A stretch of 64,000 nt of DNA. It comes from an uncultured delta proteobacterium (lineage in GTDB: Bacteria; Desulfobacterota; Syntrophorhabdia; Syntrophorhabdales; WCHB1-27). The number at the start of each line of letters is the position of its first letter. Position 1 is the stretch's first letter. Where the stretch lies: contig CAWEPK010000008.1 in the NCBI GenBank assembly GCA_963810935.1, positions 1-64,000 of the forward strand, in the 5' to 3' direction. The translations under genes were made by a program, and so were the position numbers. Of the stretch, positions 59,562 through 64,000 are shown piece by piece. The notes beneath the pieces were generated by a model that saw only the letters and a program-made list of their open reading frames with translations, was not told the DNA's origin and made no database searches.

Positions 59562-60653
59562 ATGCAATCTTCAGAGACACAACTGCTCAAGAATGCGTTC
59601 CAGGAATTCGTAAAGGCATCCGACTCACTCAGCGGTTATTACCTCGTGCTGGAAGAGCGGATAAAACGCCTCAACGAAGAGGTCAACGAGAAGAATAAAG
59701 AGCTGGAGAAGGCTAAGGAATACTTTTACAACATCCTCAACTCGCTGCCTGTAGGGGTCGTCGTGCAGAAGGGCGAGTCGGTCCTTTTCACCAACAGGGA
59801 GGCTGAAAAATTCGGATGGGCCGAGCTTTCCGGCCAGCTCAACCGGGCGGGTTCGCTCATAGGGGAGGTCAAAAACGGCAAGGGCTTCTTCCGGTGGCGG
59901 AAAAGCGGCCTGACGAACGGCTCGGCCGGCAAGGACGTGATCGTCCTGGAAGACGTAAGCGAAATCCAAAGGATGAAGGAGCGTTCCGAGAGGGACGAGA
60001 GGCTCCGGGCAATGGGGGAGATGGCCGCAAGGATCGCCCACGAGATAAAGAACCCCCTTGGGTCGATGCAGCTCTTCCTTTCCATGATACTCAGGGGCGA
60101 GGTCGGCGACAAGGAAAGGGAATATGTCAATTCGGTGATCTTCGGCGTCAACACCATCGACAGGATAATCAACAACATCCTTTCGTACACGCGGCCCAAA
60201 ACCCTCGTCCGGAGGGAAGCGCTGCTTTCCGCCATAGTGAAAGAGACGCTCGATTTCATGGGCATCTCCGTCGTCAAAAAGAACATCAGGATAGGTTTTG
60301 CGAGCGAATTCGACGAGAAGACCTGGTTCGACCCGGACCTTCTGAAGCTGGCGCTCATGAACTTTATAAGCAACGCCTTCGAGGCCCTGCCGGAGAACGG
60401 CTCCCTCGACGTTGCGATAAGAGAGGAAGGGGCATACGCGTCGGTTGCCCTTGCGGATAACGGCGTGGGGATGGACGAGGAGACCAGAAGGAGCATATTC
60501 AACCCCTTCTTCACGACGAAAGACAAAGGCGTGGGCCTCGGCCTTTTCATAGCGCACAACATCGTGAAGGCGCACGACGGCTACATAGAGGTGGAGTCGG
60601 CGGAAGGGAAGGGATCGACCTTCACCGTCTACCTTCCCAAAGGACAGTCATGA
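59562..60653 (+). CDS. Flagellar sensor histidine kinase (FleS/FlgS-like)
   Basis: AHEIKNPLGS, DNGVGM and FFTTKDKGVGLGL. Confidence 0.88.
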   Translation: MQSSETQLLKNAFQEFVKASDSLSGYYLVLEERIKRLNEEVNEKNKELEKAKEYFYNILNSLPVGVVVQKGESVLFTNREAEKFGWAELSGQLNRAGSLIGEVKNGKGFFRWRKSGLTNGSAGKDVIVLEDVSEIQRMKERSERDERLRAMGEMAARIAHEIKNPLGSMQLFLSMILRGEVGDKEREYVNSVIFGVNTIDRIINNILSYTRPKTLVRREALLSAIVKETLDFMGISVVKKNIRIGFASEFDEKTWFDPDLLKLALMNFISNAFEALPENGSLDVAIREEGAYASVALADNGVGMDEETRRSIFNPFFTTKDKGVGLGLFIAHNIVKAHDGYIEVESAEGKGSTFTVYLPKGQS

Positions 60654-61945
60654 GAAATATCCTTGTTGTCGATGACGATTACCACATGCGCATGGCCCTA
60701 ACCGAGGCGCTTTCCAAGGCAGGCTATGACGTCTGCGCGGCTGAGGACGGAAGGGTCGCCATGGAGTCCATGAAGAAATCGGTTTGCGACCTCGTCATCA
60801 CCGACGTAAAGATGCCCTATGTCAACGGGATCGACCTGCTGGGGCGCATAAAAAAGGAGCACTGCTCCCTTCCCGTTATAGTTATAACCGCTTACGGTAC
60901 TGTCCAGCACGCGGTAAACGCGATCAAGGAAGGGGCGTTCGACTACATACAGAAGCCCTTCGATACGGACACGCTCTATGAAGTCGTGCAACGCGCCCTC
61001 GGGCTCGAAAGCGGGCGGATCGTCTGCGTCTCCAGGATCATGAAGGACCTGCTCGTGCGGGCGCAGCAGGTTGCGCGCTCGGACGCAACTGTCCTCGTCG
61101 CGGGTGAGAGCGGAGTAGGCAAAGAGCTGATCTCCAGATATATCCACGAAAACAGCGACCGGGTAGATATGCCTTTCGTGGCCGTAAACTGCGCGGCACT
61201 GCCGGAAAACCTTCTGGAAAGCGAGCTTTTCGGATACGAGAAGGGCGCCTTTACGGGCGCGATTGCGCGGAAGCCAGGCAAGTTCGAGCTTGCGGACAAG
61301 GGCACCATCCTCCTGGACGAGGTCACTGAGATGGACCTCAGGCTCCAGGCAAAACTCCTCCGCGCGCTTCAGGAAAGGGAGGTCGAGGTAATCGGCGGGA
61401 AACTGCCCAGGAAGGTCGATGTAAAGGTAATCGCGACGACGAACAGGAACCTCACGCAGCTCGTCGAAGAGGGCAAGTTCCGCGAAGACCTTTATTACAG
61501 GCTGAACGTCTTCCCCATCACGGTGCCGCCTCTGCGCGAAAGAAGGGAGGACATACCGGAGCTTGCAGCCAACCTATTGAAGAAATACGCCCGAGGCGCA
61601 GACACGCGCATCGAAGAAGAGGCGATGTCGCACCTGATCTCGCGCCGGTGGAGAGGCAACGTGCGCGAGCTCGAGAACGTGATAGCGCGGGCGTGCATCC
61701 TTTCCGACTACAGGGTCATCAAGCTGGCGCACCTCCAGGAGCCGGGCGACGAGAGGGCCCAGGTGCAGCCCTCGCAGATAGAGACGGTCGGCTCAGTCAG
61801 GCAGATGGAGATGAAGCTTATCCTGGAGGCCTTAAAGACGGTGAACGGGAACAGGACCAAGGCCGCCTCCGTCCTGGGAATAACGTCCAGGACGCTGAGG
61901 AACAAGATAAGGGAATACCGGGACCTCGGTCTCGCAGTGCCTTAA
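60650..61945 (+). CDS. Flagellar sigma54 response regulator (FleR/FlgR-like)
   Basis: REC domain, GAFTGA and RTLRNKI HTH; precedes flgB. Confidence 0.9.
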   Translation: MRNILVVDDDYHMRMALTEALSKAGYDVCAAEDGRVAMESMKKSVCDLVITDVKMPYVNGIDLLGRIKKEHCSLPVIVITAYGTVQHAVNAIKEGAFDYIQKPFDTDTLYEVVQRALGLESGRIVCVSRIMKDLLVRAQQVARSDATVLVAGESGVGKELISRYIHENSDRVDMPFVAVNCAALPENLLESELFGYEKGAFTGAIARKPGKFELADKGTILLDEVTEMDLRLQAKLLRALQEREVEVIGGKLPRKVDVKVIATTNRNLTQLVEEGKFREDLYYRLNVFPITVPPLRERREDIPELAANLLKKYARGADTRIEEEAMSHLISRRWRGNVRELENVIARACILSDYRVIKLAHLQEPGDERAQVQPSQIETVGSVRQMEMKLILEALKTVNGNRTKAASVLGITSRTLRNKIREYRDLGLAVP

Positions 61946-61957
61946 ACGGGAGCGACC

Positions 61958-62302
61958 ATGGGCATGATCGACCTGATCGAAAAAGCACTCGACATCAGGG
62001 CCTTCTATCAGAGGGTGCTGGCGACCAACATCGCCAATGTCGAGACGCCGGGGTACAAAGAGAGGGAGCTGGACTTCAAGACGGAGCTGGACAGGCTTGC
62101 CGACGACAGCACGGGAAGCGCAATCCGGGTAGGCGAAAAGACGGAAGGCGCGGGAAGCAGCGCAGTGGATGATAATACGGTGGTTATCGAAGGCCAGATC
62201 GTCAAAATGACGGAAAATACTTTGATGTTCAATTCCCTGGTCCAGCTCATAAACAAGAGATTCTCGATGATTCGTTACGCGATCAACGAGGGGAGGAAGT
62301 AG
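61958..62302 (+). CDS. flgB: Flagellar basal-body rod protein FlgB
   Basis: NIANVETPGYK. Confidence 0.9.
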   Translation: MGMIDLIEKALDIRAFYQRVLATNIANVETPGYKERELDFKTELDRLADDSTGSAIRVGEKTEGAGSSAVDDNTVVIEGQIVKMTENTLMFNSLVQLINKRFSMIRYAINEGRK

Positions 62303-62303
62303 C

Positions 62304-62735
62304 ATGGATATGCTCGAGATCCTGCGTATAAGCTCGTCCGGCATGAGGGCGCAGAGGACCAGGATGGAGGCCATCGCCACGAACCTGGCGAACGTAAACT
62401 CGACGAAGAGCGACGAAGGCGGGCCGTTCAGGAAGAAAGAGGTCGTCTTCGCCACCAGCGACGTATCGGAAGGCAGCACGTTCGGCTCGGTTTTAGAGAA
62501 GAAGCTCGAGGGCGTTAAGGTCGACCAGGTAATCGAGAGCCAGAGGCCCTTCGAGCGGACTTACGACCCCTTCCATCCCCACGCGGATAAAGACGGCTAT
62601 GTCTCCATGCCCAACGTAAACGTGATGGAAGAGATGTCCGACATGGTGTCGGCGACGAGGGCCTACGAGGCCAACGTCAACGTGGCGGGAAGCGTTAAGC
62701 AGATGTTCATGAAGTCTTTGGAGATAGGCCAGTAG
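62304..62735 (+). CDS. flgC: Flagellar basal-body rod protein FlgC
   Basis: NLANVNST, YDPFHPHAD..GYV.MPNVN and RAYEAN. Confidence 0.95.
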   Translation: MDMLEILRISSSGMRAQRTRMEAIATNLANVNSTKSDEGGPFRKKEVVFATSDVSEGSTFGSVLEKKLEGVKVDQVIESQRPFERTYDPFHPHADKDGYVSMPNVNVMEEMSDMVSATRAYEANVNVAGSVKQMFMKSLEIGQ

Positions 62736-62743
62736 GAGACGCC

Positions 62744-63031
62744 ATGAAGGTAGAAAAGCTCGTATTGGACGACTTCTCGAAGCAGCAGACCGCCAAGGCG
62801 CAGAAAGCGGAAACTTCCTTTTCAGACATACTGAAAGAGTCCATCGACAAGGTTTCGGAGCTTGAAAAGGAAGCCGGCGTCCAGACGGAAAAACTGGTGA
62901 AAATGGAGAGCCAGGACGTCCATAACACCATGATCTCCGTTCAGAAGGCAGACCTCACGTTCCAGATGATGATGCAGATCCGGAACAAAATAATCGATGC
63001 CTATCAGGAGATCATGAGGATGCAGGTGTAA
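62744..63031 (+). CDS. fliE: Flagellar hook-basal body protein FliE
   Basis: IRNKIIDAYQEIMRMQV. Confidence 0.95.
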   Translation: MKVEKLVLDDFSKQQTAKAQKAETSFSDILKESIDKVSELEKEAGVQTEKLVKMESQDVHNTMISVQKADLTFQMMMQIRNKIIDAYQEIMRMQV

Positions 63032-63034
63032 AAG

Positions 63035-64000
63035 GTGGATACGGTTTTCGATAATATCAGGGGTCATCTGAAGACCATACCGAAAAACAAGCTCTACCTT
63101 TACGTTATGCTTCTGCTCGGCGGCATAGGTGCTGCCGTCATCGGCCTTTCCTTCATCGAACGGGAAGAGTATCAGCCGCTTTTCATAGGGTTGACTACCG
63201 AAGACGCCTCCAACGTAGTGTCGAGGCTGAAGGAGCAGAAGATACCCTATAAGCTGGGCGCCAGCGGGACGACCGTTTCCGTGCCCAAGGAAAAGCTGTC
63301 CGACGTCAGGCTGGTCCTCGCCTCCCAGAACGCGCTTCCGGGCGGAGGAGGGGTGGGCCTGGAGCTTTTCGACAAGACGAATTACGGCATGACCGAGTTC
63401 ATGCAGACCGTCAACTATAAGAGGGCCATACAGGGAGAGCTGACCAGGACCATCAACCAGATGCCCGAGGTGAAGGCCTCCCGCATACACATAGCTATAC
63501 CGGAGAAGTCGCTTTTCACGGAGAGGGAAAAAGAGGTCACGGCCTCGGTGTTCCTGAAGCTGAAGCCGGGCAGGGACCTTTCCAGGGAACAGGTGGCCGC
63601 CGTCGTGCAGCTCGTTGCGGGCAGCATAGAGGGACTCAAGGCGGACAACGTAGTCGTCATTGACTCTTCCGGTAAGGTACTCCATAAGAGCGGCGAAGGC
63701 GACTCCGGACTGGTGCTTTCCGGGCAGCAGTACGAGCTGCAGAAAAGCGTGGAAAAGAAGATAGAGGATTCGGTCGCCTCGATGCTCCAGACGGTGCTGA
63801 TGAGCAGCAGGTCGATCGTCCGGGCGAGCGTCGATCTCAACCTCCGCAAAGTAGAGAGGATGGAGGAAGAATACGCCCCCGACAAAAAAGTTGTGACGCA
63901 GGAAAAGAAGACGAGAGAAAAATCAGTCAACGGCAAGCCCAAGGCCGGCGGGGTGCCGGGGGCAGCGGCAAGTCTCGCGGCTGCGGCTGCAAAGACGCAG
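63035..64000 (+). CDS. fliF: Flagellar M-ring protein FliF (3'-truncated by the window edge)
   Basis: GVGLELFDKTNYGMTEF...NYKRAIQGELTRTI...SRIHIAIPEKSLF; absent from the ORF track because it has no stop in the window. Confidence 0.93.
   Translation, partial: MDTVFDNIRGHLKTIPKNKLYLYVMLLLGGIGAAVIGLSFIEREEYQPLFIGLTTEDASNVVSRLKEQKIPYKLGASGTTVSVPKEKLSDVRLVLASQNALPGGGGVGLELFDKTNYGMTEFMQTVNYKRAIQGELTRTINQMPEVKASRIHIAIPEKSLFTEREKEVTASVFLKLKPGRDLSREQVAAVVQLVAGSIEGLKADNVVVIDSSGKVLHKSGEGDSGLVLSGQQYELQKSVEKKIEDSVASMLQTVLMSSRSIVRASVDLNLRKVERMEEEYAPDKKVVTQEKKTREKSVNGKPKAGGVPGAAASLAAAAAKTQ

Noticed and set aside
1..64000. CRISPR array, transposase, integrase, prophage, or selC tRNA
   Set aside because: No regularly spaced direct repeats or such genes were recognised. 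The only tRNA found is Val(CAC).

Overview
A 64 kb GC-rich chromosomal window, probably from an anaerobic Desulfobacterota/syntroph-like bacterium (inferred from gene content only). It runs from an NADH-dependent Fe-S oxidoreductase tail through glgP, a Cache/MCP pair and a ModE-boxed modABC operon into a ~19 kb selenium-related island (13.8-32.3 kb). It continues with a cation porin/mgtA locus, nrdJ, LarA/UxaA, ruvCAB, yebC, tRNA-Val and the start of a sigma54-controlled flagellar cluster. The main discovery is that each of the four operons in the selenium island is preceded by an unannotated short leader ORF. Each leader has its own promoter and SD, an in-frame UGA, and a SECIS-like hairpin after the UGA. 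In three leaders the hairpin has a downstream complement. In two of these (selD, double-cubane) the complement lies in a terminator or anti-SD arm. This looks like selenocysteine-leader attenuation controlling a selenium-starvation regulon: Cys-form SelD and MvhD, a corrinoid/methyltransferase/ABC set, and an rSAM-selenodomain cluster. A second, independent leader family (MEDDPGG...) precedes both mgtA and a MnoP-like porin. About eight genes carry single-base frameshifts, most likely assembly errors.
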